Source of the DNA: Octopus sinensis
Lineage: Eukaryota
Direction of reading: 5' to 3'
Length of the DNA stretch: 26,615 bases
Assembly: GCF_006345805.1 (NCBI RefSeq)
Contig: NW_021836642.1
Location: 1-26,615, forward strand
The stretch's first letter is position 1; every line of letters starts with the position of its first letter. Position numbers and translations under genes: made by a program. The notes beneath the pieces were generated by a model, which saw only the letters and a list, made by a program, of their open reading frames with translations, did not search any database and was not told where the DNA came from. Shown here piece after piece: positions 9,210 through 21,542 of this stretch.

Positions 9210-10146
9210 GTGTATACATACACGCATACATATATACATGCATACATACATACATACATGTGTGCGTGTGCTGGTGTATAGTTTAGAAACGGGTATTTTG
9301 CACGAATATTAAACATTTTATAAATATTCGCACTGTAACGACTTCGTCCTTTTAGTGCAATTTAAAATTGACAATGCCGCCCAGAAATATTCTCTTATGC
9401 AAGGAAATAACTTTACGCATATAATATTTTCTGGAAAAATATATAACAGCCATGAATATTAATTTCACAGGTTACATCTGAACTCTAATTTGTATCTGTA
9501 AGCTGATAAAACTGATTGCAAGAGAATAAATAAATATATTTAGATCAACGGTGAATTTCATTCTATAGCTTGTTATAATAGCTAACACTAATTCCGGAGA
9601 ACAGTGGTTCATTTACCATTTCGCCAATAAAGCTGGCGAACCAAAAACATATTCGATGATACTTAGTTTATGATGAACCCCGTCGTGTCACACACAGAGC
9701 TCGTTTTAAATATGTGTGAACATTTCAAAACTGCTCTAAACACAAGTCTATTTTTGATACTGAGTATTCTGCTCGAAATCTCAAATGTAAAAGAAATATA
9801 ATTTGTTTTATTAAATATTAGCAATGTAATGGCTTTCTCATTTTATGTAAAATTCAATTCGCCATTTCTTCACACATATTTTCTCTAAAAGGAAAATGTA
9901 ATTACACACATTACACACGCGCACACAGAGGCACACACAAACACATACACACACTGGCACACACACACACACATACATACATTTTAGAAATGTATTAATA
10001 GGCATCCACAAGATGCAGTTATACTGAATCATACAGTTACATAGTTCTTTTCCGCGCTCTTTCTATTTTTGTATAATATAATCATTCACACATATGCCTG
10101 TGTGTGTTGGTATATGTGTGCATAAGTATATATATATTGTATTTTC

Positions 10147-10202
<56 letters not shown>

Positions 10203-10384
10203 CACACATATGTTCGCACAAAATTTATATATAGGTGCATACGTTTTTCTTTCTCTGTGTGTATACTTGCGTGAGGTATTTGAGTACATATATGGTAATT
10301 TAATTAAAAATTCAAATCTAGCAAAAAACAAATGTATTTTAATAAAAATATGTACACGTTTCCTCGATAAGCTTTCTCATAATA

Positions 10385-11348
10385 TTAATCTATGAATCTA
10401 TCTTCCTCCACGATGATTGCTTCAATGTGGGAACCGGATCGTTGCACTAAAAAGTCCTTATTCATTTTCGACTACCTGAACAATGGCTGTCTTCTGTGAA
10501 TTTATGGTATTTGCGAGAATGTCGATTAGCCACCCAGTAATGCTCCAGATGTATTAAGTCGTTGGGATTTTAATCTGGCGAGTTTGAGGTCACACAATTT
10601 GTCTTACTTGATTGTAAAGCTTTTTAGTCTTCTGCTCTTCGCTTCCGTGAGTTTACAGCATCCTTCAGCGCCTCGGTCTATTCAGCATCATCAAGTCTTA
10701 TACTCTGTGGAAAAATGTGAGGAGGCATGACATGACCTTCTTTACTAACCACCTCTAAAACCATTACAACTGCTGGAAACCTAGTATGCAACACTCTGGA
10801 GCAATAGAAATGTCTTCACATAACCTCTCTCACTTTTCCTATTAGATTTTTAATCTTACTTAAAGCCTTTTCGTATAAGAAAAGGACAGACGCATGTCAT
10901 ATTTGTGAAGTTTTTAAACTTTATCTCGTGTTAAGCTAAAGTTAGGAGGGATTAAACGGTTTTTCTGTGTCTTTGCATATATAAACTAGCTACTTCTCAG
11001 CATGTACGACTTGTATAGTATGTCCAAGTTCTACTAAGTTCTGATAATCCACTCCGCTATCTGAAGTTCTATGCGAAAGCCCTCATTAATTTTCAGGGAT
11101 CGTCATCGATAATGTTCGGATCGGAAGGCTGATTGGCAGTGTCCTTATAATGTTCGAACACCTGGAAATTTTTTCTCTTTGATATAGTTAAAACATTCTC
11201 ACCAGAGGCGTCTAATCCCATCCGTACTTGGTGTACAAAAGATTTTGCAATATTCAGAAAGTTGGCAATTTCTAAATTGCTGTGTTCCGCACTTTTGGCA
11301 TCAATGATTGCATATCTTTACATTTTGTGTTAACATTTTATCTGCCAT
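10385..11348 (-). pseudogene. Decayed Tc1/mariner-superfamily transposase (probably DDxD type)
   Basis: Across stops and frameshifts: MADKMLTQ..EHSNLEIANFLNIAKSFV..IDDDP..DILYKSY..HTRFPAVVMVLEVVSKEGHVMPPHIFPQ..SPD*NP..IEAIIVEEDRFID*. The QQDSAP region appears lost; TIRs not identified. Confidence 0.8.
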
Positions 11349-12165
11349 GGCGGTCATGGAGAATTGAAAAAGGAAAAAAAAACTTTAAGTGGTATAAAGA
11401 GAGTAATATACTGAAAAGTTTGTGTCTTCCCATGTGTGTATATATTCGTTTTCCTGTGCATGCATGCATGTGTGTGTGTGAATGTTGCGTTTCATGATAA
11501 CAGGAGTCTTTCATCCTGATATATCTGGATAGTGTATTTATTTAGTTTATTTTGTGAAGTCTCTGAATATCTTTTAGTGTAGCGAAAGGTTGCATTTGCA
11601 CCAAAATATATCTCTTAACTCTCGTGACCAATGAGCTCAAAATTTGTACAAATATGTTAGATATATGTTGTACAAAGTCAAAGATGTGTATTGTATAATT
11701 TATTAGGATATTTTGGTTGAATAGAGTAACTTAGGAGAAATAATGTTCGAGAGAAAATTATTCTCTGAAAATCTTATAGTTGGAAGAATATATTACAATT
11801 GAATACAGTTACAATTCTCAAAAGAAAAAAGACGTACTCATCTTCTTCCACTCAAGAGTTTTGGTCCTCAGCAACATCAGTCCTTGGAACTGCTCTCCAA
11901 GTGGCACTACCAGATGACCATTAGTGTTATTTAAGCTAATCCAAACATCTTATATTTGTTTCTTTCTAATTCATTTCAATTCTTTGGAAATGTGTAGATG
12001 GGTGAATCAGTCAAGTAATCAGTTTGTGTTATTTTAATAGCGTTGCATTTTTTCGATGGCCAAGATATGGATATGCACCACGTGATCTCCACAAAACACA
12101 TTAGTAATAACAACAGCAACATCATCAACCATAGATATAGAAACGAGATTAAGGAACCAGCACCA

Positions 12166-12800
12166 TTATCTGGTCGAGCTTGCTCGGAGATTTTTAACAT
12201 ACACACGCCATCCATCTTGGTCCTGCGTTAGTTGAGGGAGTTCTTGGTGGAGGCATCCACTGTCTATGGTAAGTTGATCTACATACGTTTTGTTTTGGTG
12301 ACCATGCTTTGGCATCCATAACAGTAGGTCACTTGCCAGCAGCGAGCTGGTAGAATCGTTAGCACGCCAGGCGAAATGCCCAGCGGTATTTCGTCTGCCG
12401 CTACGTTCTGAGTTCAAATTCTGCCGAGGTCGACTTTGCCTTTCATCCTTTCGGGGTCGATTAAATAAGTACCAGTTACGCACTGGGGTCGATATGATCG
12501 TCTTAATCCGTTTGTTTGTCCTCTCTGTGCTTAGCTCCTTGTAGGTAGGAAAGAATTAGGTCACTTGCCAGCTCTTGTTTAGGTCACTAGCAATGTCCTG
12601 CAAAACACAAGCGACTACCCCTTATAATGGGGGAAACAGGCAGGCGTTCTCCTGAGAGGGACGACTTCTCCAACGTATCTTTAAGAATATCTTAACGAAT
12701 GGATAGTTTTCATTGTTCCTTAGCAACGGCTGAACGTAGACATGTAACGAAAGGTATACCAACCATGAACATCCAGTCTTTTTACGAGTAGTTCAAGACT
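12166..12800 (-). mobile_element. RTE-like LINE 3' fragment interrupted by a SINE
   Basis: After removing the SINE it reads LPVSPIIRGSRLCFAGHC**PKQELASDLLLWMPKHGHQNKTYVDQLTIDSGCLHQELPQLTQDQDGWRVYVKNLRASSTR, resembling RTE-type ORF C-termini. Confidence 0.7.
12341..12556 (+). mobile_element. SINE family Z with 16-bp TSD
   Basis: TAGGTCACTTGCCAGC at 12325-12340 and 12557-12572; B-box-like GAGTTCAAATTC. Confidence 0.9.
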
Positions 12801-13184
12801 ATACTATCGAACGGGCCATTCTTTGTTTATAGCAGTGTAATTTAGGTTGAAGGAGACTTGGCTGCTATTTCTAATAAGTTGATGCTCCTTCAATTCACGC
12901 CCATAACATACGACTGCATAATTTAATAACGCCATCTTTTAAAATATTTTTCTTCTCTTTTATTTTTTCTTCTTTCTTCAAAACCTCATTGAAGACAAGG
13001 CAATATAATTATAAGTCTTTCACCACGCGTTTATTTACGTTTGAAAAAATAAAATATATTTCTATATAAATAAAGTTATCTACTTTTTAAAAAACAAAAA
13101 CAAGAAAAACTTTATTTTGTAAATATTAGAAAACGAAAGAATAAAATCAGCCATTAAAAAAGTCAAAAGGAACAACCAGAAAAT

Positions 13185-13275
13185 TACACACACACACACA
13201 CACACACGTACACACGTACACACACACACATACACAGACACACACACAAACACACACACACACACTCACACATAC

Positions 13276-13307
<32 letters not shown>

Positions 13308-14400
13308 TCTCTCTCTCTCACACACACAGACACACACAAACACAAACGCACACACACATACACACTCACACACACACACTCACACATACACACACACACA
13401 CTCTCTCTCTCTCTCACACACACACACACATACATACACACGTACTAGAAAGTAAGCTACAGTATCATCACTATCATCAACGGCATAACAAGACTAACAA
13501 AAAAACGTTGTAACCATAGCCCAAAATATAGTTACTACAGAGAAAGTTGAGTAATAGGAATGTGATTAGGACGAGTGACGTCAGTATTGGTGTTTATTTT
13601 GATCATTAGGTCCACAGAAATATCAACGAGACGAGAAGAAAGAACACAAATGGCTTCTATGTCTAAAATATATAAATTTACTCAAATCTAATTACATAAC
13701 ATCAACATTTAGAAATTTCTGTCAAAATTTCGCTTTTTTTCTTCTATTTTTCCTTGTATTCGTGCGTGTTTGCATGCGTCTGAGTTTAAACACACACACA
13801 CACACACACACATACACACACATACACACACACATACACACACACACATACACACACATACACACACACATACACACACATACACACACACACATAAAGG
13901 TATATTAGCATATATAAGCATACCTATAGGCGTAGGTGTATATGTTAGCATGTCAAATAACATACACAGACATGCACACACATTCACAGAACCACAGCCA
14001 TATACATACACGTACAGGCATAAACACATACACATGTACAAACATACATGTATATATGTGTGTGTGTGTCTGTACATTAAAACTTTGGCGAGTGGTGGGC
14101 GACAAACAGACAGACCGAATGTAAATATGCCATCATAGAAACCTGTAGTAGGGATGGAGTGAATCATTAGCTGCGCCTGATTAAACCAATTCCTGTTGAA
14201 TGCGTTCATTACTGGTAATTTTCATATTTCTGCACCCAAATGCATCATGTGTGTTTGCATGTGTATATGTATGCATATCAATTACATACATACATACATA
14301 TATATATGTATTTATACATACATATGCATGTATCTATGTATTTATGTGTATATATGTGAATATACACGTATATATATATATATATATATAAATATATATA
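13185..14400. repeat. Several CA/CT/CATA/TA microsatellite tracts
   Basis: Tracts at ~13185-13440, ~13790-14070 and ~14240-14400, with unique sequence between them. Confidence 0.85.
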
Positions 14401-14674
14401 TGACATCATAAGAATCTCTAGAGAACGTGAAATGTTTTTGTATTTGAGAAGTGGGTCTCGAAGCGCTACAAAAATAACATGTAGATACAGGGTTCAAAAA
14501 CCCTTTAGGGCAGTCTCCAGTATTTTCTAGCTAAAGGTGGTTTTGACCCAATATTTACAAGGTGTAATTCATAACACCATGTATACATGGTACATGGACT
14601 TACCGAAGAAATAAATACGAATTTCGGCTGCGAAAAATGTGCCAAACCAAACTTTTCATCACAGAACATGAAAT

Positions 14675-16054
14675 AATCTAGATACGGTACGACACGCACA
14701 TGTGAAAGAGAAGATAAAGACGGAATCCTACATACGAGTTCGATTAATACTTAAAACGTAGCTCAAGATGATAGTTATCAATCTCTTGCTGTTCCAGTTG
14801 TAAGTTACAGTAGCAATATTCTTAATTGGACACTAAATGAACTAACCAAACTAGACGGGAAAAGAAGAAATATGACAGAATTTAGAATACCCACAACGGA
14901 AATCTGATATGTAAAGGTTACATATACAACTAATTGAAGGTGTTAGAAGCTGTATTCAACTTGAAAATTGATATAAAATATGCATCGTAGGATTACAAAA
15001 ACATCGAATACAGAAATAAGGAAAACCAGTGCAGACAGCCTCAAAACACAAGCAAACAAGAAATAAATCTGTCTTTTTACTTCAAAGAAAGAACTCAGAG
15101 TACTTAAAAATATGCAGGAAAAGAAAAAGCATCAAAAGATGTGAAGCAACAAAAATCTAACCTGAATCTGGAACTACAAAATAGCATGATAAAAAAAAAA
15201 TGGCCAGAAAATCTCTACATGCTAAATGCTGCAATAAGCTAAACAGAAAATTAGTAGACAAACTAAAACTGGTTGAAAAGCTCAGGACTCAAAGCACAAA
15301 CTGAGGGTTTTTTAATTGCGGCAAAAAAATCAACGCCACCTCACCAGAAACGACCAAAGATACATAATGAAAAAAAAATACAATAAATTACTGCAGAATA
15401 TGTAGCGATGGGGAAGAAACAATAAATCACATTGTCTCTTGTTCCCCAGTCCTGGTTAAGAAGCAATATATACTGCAAGATATTGCAGTTCTATATTTAA
15501 GAGATGAGGATTTATGTACATTATTTACATTTGACGGACATTTGTCCTCATCTTGTTTGTTGTTCACACAACGTTTCATCAGGTGTCTTGGGAAAATTTC
15601 GAACGTGGGTTTTCATTCTTAAGGTTGTTGTTATATTATTAATAATAGAGAAATAAAAAGCTAATAGACCGGGTATAGTTGTCACAGATCATCAGGAATA
15701 AAGTCTTCTATACAATGTATCAATCCCAACAGAAGATAATGTATCTCTAAAAGAAACAGAGAAGCTTTCAAAATGCAAAGATCTTGAAATAGAGATAACC
15801 CGAATGTGGAGTCCCTATAATAAGTGCATTAGGTATGATTAAAAACATTCAGACAAATATATAACCAAAACGTCAGGACTTACGAATGTATATAAGATAC
15901 AGGAAATAGCACTGCAAGGCACCACAAGCTATAACCTAACAGCACTTTCGGTACAGTGAAAATATCGGCACCAAAACAGACCACAGCAAATATCCCAAGC
16001 ACATAGAGCTGCGCTGTAGTGAAGTGAAAGTACGTGATGAAAATAAGACTACTG
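14675..16054 (+). mobile_element. 5'-truncated, decayed R4/Dong-like LINE with restriction-like endonuclease and (TAA)n tail
   Basis: VKEKIK..RVRLILKT..LAVPVVSYSSNILNWTLNELTKLD; WLKSSGLKAQTEGFLIAA; zinc finger CRICSDGEETINHIVSC (15392-15442); NREIKANRPGIVV..EKLSKCKDLEIEITRMW. Ends ACTACTG followed by (AAT)n to ~16146. Confidence 0.85.
15492..15640 (-). mobile_element. Short insertion in the LINE carrying a collapsed hammerhead-like remnant
   Basis: Non-LINE sequence between the zinc finger and RLE regions; the minus strand of 15567-15587 reads GACAC-CTGATGA-AACGTT-GTG. Confidence 0.45.
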
Positions 16055-16058
16055 AATA

Positions 16059-16111
<53 letters not shown>

Positions 16112-16114
16112 TAA

Positions 16115-16146
<32 letters not shown>

Positions 16147-16520
16147 GTTTCGTTAGACCCCCAGTGTTGAACCCAATCCTGGACCCATGGATTTCGTATC
16201 ATTCAAATATGAGTCAGAAATTGAGACATCGACATTTCTATCAGGGAAAAAACTTAATCGTTTTCGTTTCGCCTGTTATAAAATTGTAACTTAAAAACTG
16301 ATGATGTCATTCCATCAACGTGTGGACGCTGGTTGCTCTCGTTCATGCTTTACGTTTAAATTTCTGTAATTTTGAATTTTTATCACTTCTTATTTTGAAC
16401 TTGACAAAGACAGACGTACTTTGAAATATCGTTCAACTAATAGAATACCTTACAATCGAATCGCGCTCTTCGTCTTGACTGTTAACCTTTGTAAAGAGTT
16501 ACGTCATTCTCTTTTTTAAA

Positions 16521-16598
<78 letters not shown>

Positions 16599-16936
16599 GT
16601 GTGGCAGCATCATAGCTGTGTGTTGAAAGGCATTCTTGGAGGTTTGGATAATTCACCTTTGGAATCATGGGTGGTTCGCTCAACATCCTTAAACAATCCT
16701 TATTCAGAGACCCTTTGAGCGGGATGGGCTACTCGACCAGAAGAAAATTCTAACTGGGCCCCACCTGCAAGGTCATGTGCTATTTATCTTGATATGAGAT
16801 CACCATGTCGCGCACATATGGTTGTGATGCATGTGCCTGGTGTACCCTTATCAGACGGGTAGTCATGATGGGTATACTGGGCTTCGTATATTTGTACCCC
16901 AGTGTCACTTTGATAGCATGTACTGCTCTCTCACTC
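16599..16936 (+). mobile_element. Fourth copy of the (TAA)n-embedded element, opposite orientation, more 5'-truncated
   Basis: Reverse complement of the 4113-type element; same end CTCTCTCACTC-AATAAT; (TAA)n upstream at ~16524-16598. Confidence 0.85.
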
Positions 16937-17002
16937 AATAATAATAATAATATAAATACGGAAACACTCGGCGAGAAACGGAAGAAAATTTGAAGAAAGA
17001 AG

Positions 17003-17059
<57 letters not shown>

Positions 17060-17148
17060 TAATAATAATAATAATAATAATAATATTAATAATAATAATA
17101 ATAATAATAACAACAATAACAATAATAATAATAATAATAATAATATTA

Positions 17149-17192
<44 letters not shown>

Positions 17193-17196
17193 TAAC

Positions 17197-17272
<76 letters not shown>
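16937..17272. repeat. Long (TAA)n microsatellite just upstream of the EGF exon
   Basis: Visible repeat, interrupted by ~55 bp of unique sequence near 16955-17003. Confidence 0.9.
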
Positions 17273-17276
<4 letters not shown>

Positions 17277-17348
17277 TAATATTCACATCTTTTCTATATA
17301 CTTGTATATATACATGTAAATGACGTTTCCTTATTTGTGTATTTGCAG

Positions 17349-17582
17349 GTTATACTGGGGAATACTGTGAAGAGAAAATAACCGATGCCTGTTGGGCATT
17401 AAACTGTCCAATCAATTCGAGCTGTATCGAGACGACCAATGGAAATTACACATGTCTCTGTTCGAACGGTTACACGGGAACCAATTGTGATAGTTTATAC
17501 AGTGGCTGCCACAACAACCCCTGCAAGAACGGCATTTGCCAAGAAAATGGGGAAAACAGCTACAACTGCTACTGCATTCCAG
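17349..17582 (+). CDS. Internal coding exon of an EGF-repeat protein (end of one EGF, one complete EGF, most of another)
   Basis: Acceptor atttgcag|GT, donor CCAG|gtatag, 234 nt, phase 1/1, no stops: (G)YTGEYCEEKITDACWALNCPINSSCIETTNGNYTCLCSNGYTGTNCDSLYSGCHNNPCKNGICQENGENSYNCYCIP(G). Six-cysteine EGF spacing; symmetric phase-1 exons are typical of EGF modules. Confidence 0.9.
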
Positions 17583-17726
17583 GTATAGTCGTTTACACGC
17601 ACCCAAAAGACACACACACACATACATACACATACATGGACGCATGCACACACACATGCACGCATGCACACACACATGCACGCATGCACACAACCACACA
17701 AACGTGTACACAAGCACGCGCGCACA

Positions 17727-17876
17727 CCGTAACTTAATGGTTCGGCAAAAGAGAACCGATAGAATAAGTACCAGGGTTACAAAGAATAAGTCTCGGTGTT
17801 GATTTCTTCAACTAAAGGCGGCGCTCCAGCATGGCCACAGTCAAAATGACTGAACCAAATAAAAGAATAAAAGAAC
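17727..17876 (+). mobile_element. SINE 3' portion with the shared tail
   Basis: ...TAAAGGCGGCGCTCCAGCATGGCCACAGTCAAAATGACTGAACC-AAATAAAAGAATAAAAGAA. Confidence 0.75.
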
Positions 17877-17952
17877 AATAACTATTATAGACACACACAC
17901 ACACGCACACACGCACACACGCACACACACACATACATACATACATACATAC

Positions 17953-17985
<33 letters not shown>

Positions 17986-19045
17986 ACACACATATATATA
18001 TATATATATAAATGAAAGAATGGAGTCGAACGAAGATGTTAACAAAATTCCTTTACTCTCGACACATGTTTCGAAGACAGCATATGCTGACGATAAACAT
18101 TGGATTGTTCATTGACCTACTTAAATATATATATATATATATATATACATACGCGGGTGCATACACACACAGATACATACATACACACATACATACGCAC
18201 ACACAGACACACATACATACGCATACACAGACACACACATGTATGATTGTATGTGTGTCGGGAAAAGGTTTTAGAAATAATTCTTGATACAGTTACAAAA
18301 TAGGAAAAAAAGCGAATTTTGAATTATTGATAAGACAAAAACAATATCAGAAACAGAGAATGACAGGAATCTTTTGGAAAGCAGTGTTTTTATTACGTAA
18401 TCGCTTTCGCAATACGAGTACCGATTCCCAAAAGATTAGCGTCGATCTGTTCTTTGACTAAATTTCGTTTTATGGTATTTAAACTATTTTGTTTGGTATT
18501 ATTTAATTGTTTTTCATTTTAGTACAACCGAACTAGAAGGTGCGCGCGTGCGAACGTGTGTTTGTGTGTGTATGTGTGTGCTTTTGATGACTTCATGAGA
18601 GAGGAAAATTCGATTAACCTTAGTGTCCTTATTAAGCATAGGTAAATTTTAAATAATAATGTGATATATAATCTTTGTTTATACATATATACATACACAC
18701 ACGCACATATACACACACAGATATATATAATATAGATATACTATATATATATATATATATATATCTATATATATATAAGGGTTAGTAGGGTTAGAGGTTG
18801 AAGTAACCGTCTAAGGGATAAAAATTTCCGTTATACTACCAGTATAATTACCAATTTTAACCCTGGACATACATATGCAAACATATTATGCTCATAGGTT
18901 AGAGGTAATGACAAAGATAAACATGAGTTTATCAGGAATCAAATTTAAAGTAAATAGAAAATGGAGAAATATTGATCAACAACAGTTGACTTACATCGAT
19001 TATTATTTTTTAATTCAATTTGTATTTTAATTCAATACAAATAGA

Positions 19046-19201
19046 CAGTTTTAAGTTCTGAGTTCAAATTCCGCCGAGGTCGACTCTGTCTTCGATTCTT
19101 TCGGGGTAGATAAATTAAGTACCAGTTGCGTACTGGGGTCGATTTAATCGACTGGTCCCCTCCCCACAAAAAATTTGGGCCTTGTGCCTAGAGTAGAAAA
19201 G
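19046..19201 (+). mobile_element. 5'-truncated SINE family Z with 12-bp TSD
   Basis: AATACAAATAGA at 19034-19045 and 19202-19213; body GTTCTGAGTTCAAATTCCGCCGAGGTCGAC. Confidence 0.85.
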
Positions 19202-19864
19202 AATACAAATAGAGTGTGCCCCATTTAACAGCTGTTTCTGCTTCCAATGTCATATGGTGTTGCCAAAGAAAATTCTAAAAATAATATTCATCATATTTGC
19301 TAATACATCCGATTTGGAACTTGGAGCTTCGTCCGAGTGAAGAAAAATATATATGTAAAAGAAAAGAAGTGTCTCGAGTGGAAGATGAAAGGCTTAATAT
19401 GTTTAAATCATATCATTTTGCTGCGGGACGTTGACTAAATGACTAAACTTAAAATAGTGATTGGTGGGTTAATTTTTCTATGGGGGTAACAGGGTGGATA
19501 CGTAATAAAAAAGTAAAAGTAAAAAATTCACAATAATAGGATACGCCAATAGGTTTAGACAAAGAGGGAGTGAGAGGCCCATAACGTTTTCAAGTAATCA
19601 TAATAGTTCTTAATGATTATGTTTATAGTACTAATTAATATTTTTCATCATAATAAAGTGCCCATCAATTAATTTCAATTATTTACTTACTCACATGTTG
19701 TAAACTCCAACCACCTGTTGCTCGTAATGGGATGACCAAAGCCCAGCGTTTGATATAATTGGTGTATTAAATTTGGAAACCCTCGACAGAAAAATGTAGG
19801 CTTTCCTATCCGCGTGCGACTCGAACCCACATCCCTTTGTTAACGCAACTATACATATATACAT

Positions 19865-20250
19865 GGATGGAAGCACTCCGTCGGTTACGACGATGAGGGT
19901 TCCGGTTGATCCGATCAACGGAACAGCCTGCTCGTGAAATTAACGTGTAAGTGGCTGAGCACTCCACAAACACGTGTACCCTCAACGTAGTTCTCGGGGA
20001 TATTCAGCGTGACACAGAGAGTGACAAGGCCGGCCCTTTGAAATACAGGTACAACAGAAACAGGAAGTAAGAGTGAGAGAAAGTTGTGGTGAAAGAGTAC
20101 AGCAGGGTTCACCACCATCCCCTGCCGGAGCCTCGTGGAGCTTTTAGGTGTTTTCGCTCAATAAACACTCACAACGCCCGGTCTGGGAATCGAAACCGCG
20201 ATCCTACGACCGCGAGTCCGCTACCCTAACCACTGGGCCATTGCGCCTCC
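19865..20250 (-). mobile_element. Full-length tRNA-derived SINE (family X)
   Basis: Minus-strand head GGAGGCGCAATGGCCCAGTGGTTAGGG...GGTTTCGATTCCC (A and B boxes); the body recurs in diverged form at ~22140-22290. Confidence 0.88.
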
Positions 20251-20363
20251 ACATACATACATATAGTCAGGTCGAATAAACGAGCGATGAAATTGACGCT
20301 AACAGACAACAGGAGGAGGCGCACAAGGATTGTATTAGTTTGACACTCAGCAAAAAGAGAGGG

Positions 20364-20400
20364 CTTTTTATGTTTCGAGCATACCTCTTTCTTCGGAAAG
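20364..20400 (-). ncRNA. Decayed minimal hammerhead-like motif, CCGA core variant
   Basis: Minus strand: CTTT-CCGAAGA-AA-GAG-GTATG-CTC-GAAA-CA-TA/AAAAG. Stem III has CA where CG is expected. Lies inside a TA/CATA-flanked segment at ~20265-20467. Confidence 0.45.
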
Positions 20401-20495
20401 GAGAAAGACAAAAGTTCCCAAAAAAAGGAAGGGAAATCACCAACACCACGTGTTGCTGAAGTTACCCACATATATACATATATACGAGGTGGGTA

Positions 20496-20603
20496 TTTCA
20501 GTTTCCCCTCTACCAGATCCACTCAGAAGACTTTGGTCGGCTCGACGCTATTGTGGGATTGAACCTGGAACCATGTGCTTGGAAAGCAAACTTCTTACCA
20601 CAC
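20496..20603 (-). mobile_element. Internally deleted SINE family Y fragment
   Basis: TTTCAGTTTCC..TTTGGTCGGC..GAACCTGGAACCATGTG..CTTACCACAC matches 510-755. Confidence 0.7.
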
Positions 20604-20612
20604 ATGTATGAT

Positions 20613-20646
<34 letters not shown>

Positions 20647-21047
20647 ATATCGCATTTGAACAGCACTAAGTTTCGTTTCACGAAGTTAATTCAGTTATAT
20701 GTGTGTGTATGTGTGTCTATATGTGTCTGAGTAAGTGTATGCGTGTATATGTCGGTATGGAAGGAACACCCAGCTCACAAAGATTACTGTATATAAAACA
20801 AGTTTCTTCCAAATTATCAGATACCACTATAGAAGGAGACTGGATGTCACCACGAATATTCAGCACGTGCCATGGTAGATAGAGATTAGCGAAGGATTAA
20901 GTTCACGCTAATATGGACTTCATCCCAAGATAACGACGACTCTGGTGATGATGATGACGTTCATGATGATATTATACATACATACACATTTATATATATA
21001 ATTTATATTATGTATATTATATTATTATATATATATATATATATATA

Positions 21048-21080
<33 letters not shown>

Positions 21081-21197
21081 CATATATATATATATATATA
21101 TATATGTATTCATATATATATTTATCTATTCATATGCATTAATATATATATATATACATACATATATATTTATACATATGCATTTATATGTATGCAC

Positions 21198-21232
<35 letters not shown>

Positions 21233-21259
21233 TGTGTGTATATATGAATATATATATAC

Positions 21260-21295
<36 letters not shown>

Positions 21296-21542
21296 GTGTG
21301 TATAGTGGAAAGAGTAAACTAGAGAAAGCGTACTCAATACTAAAATTAGAATGAGATAATTCATTGGAAACTGAATAATATCGTCCGTTAGATTATGTAC
21401 ATACCTCTACACATGCATACCTGGATAGACATAATTATATATACGTAAACATACATATGCATATCATGATATATATATATATGTATGTATGAATGTATAC
21501 ACCGCTTACATACACACGCACACATATATCATGATATGTATG

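Noticed and set aside
9461-9500. Possible EGF exon start ttcacag|GTTACATC
   Set aside because: It resembles the real acceptors but hits TGA after three codons and lacks cysteine spacing.
14432-14480. Three-way hairpin with hammerhead-like topology
   Set aside because: TTTTTGTA/TACAAAAA and GAGA/TCTC stems exist, but neither CUGANGA nor GAAA is intact; too degenerate to call.
18040-18095. GAAACATGTGTC Penelope-like end on the minus strand
   Set aside because: No upstream CYGANGA core, and the base after the palindrome is G, which is not a valid cleavage residue.
18778-18866. piggyBac-type ends (AGGGTTA ... TTAACCCT)
   Set aside because: The motifs face the wrong way to bound one element, and no matching partner end was found.
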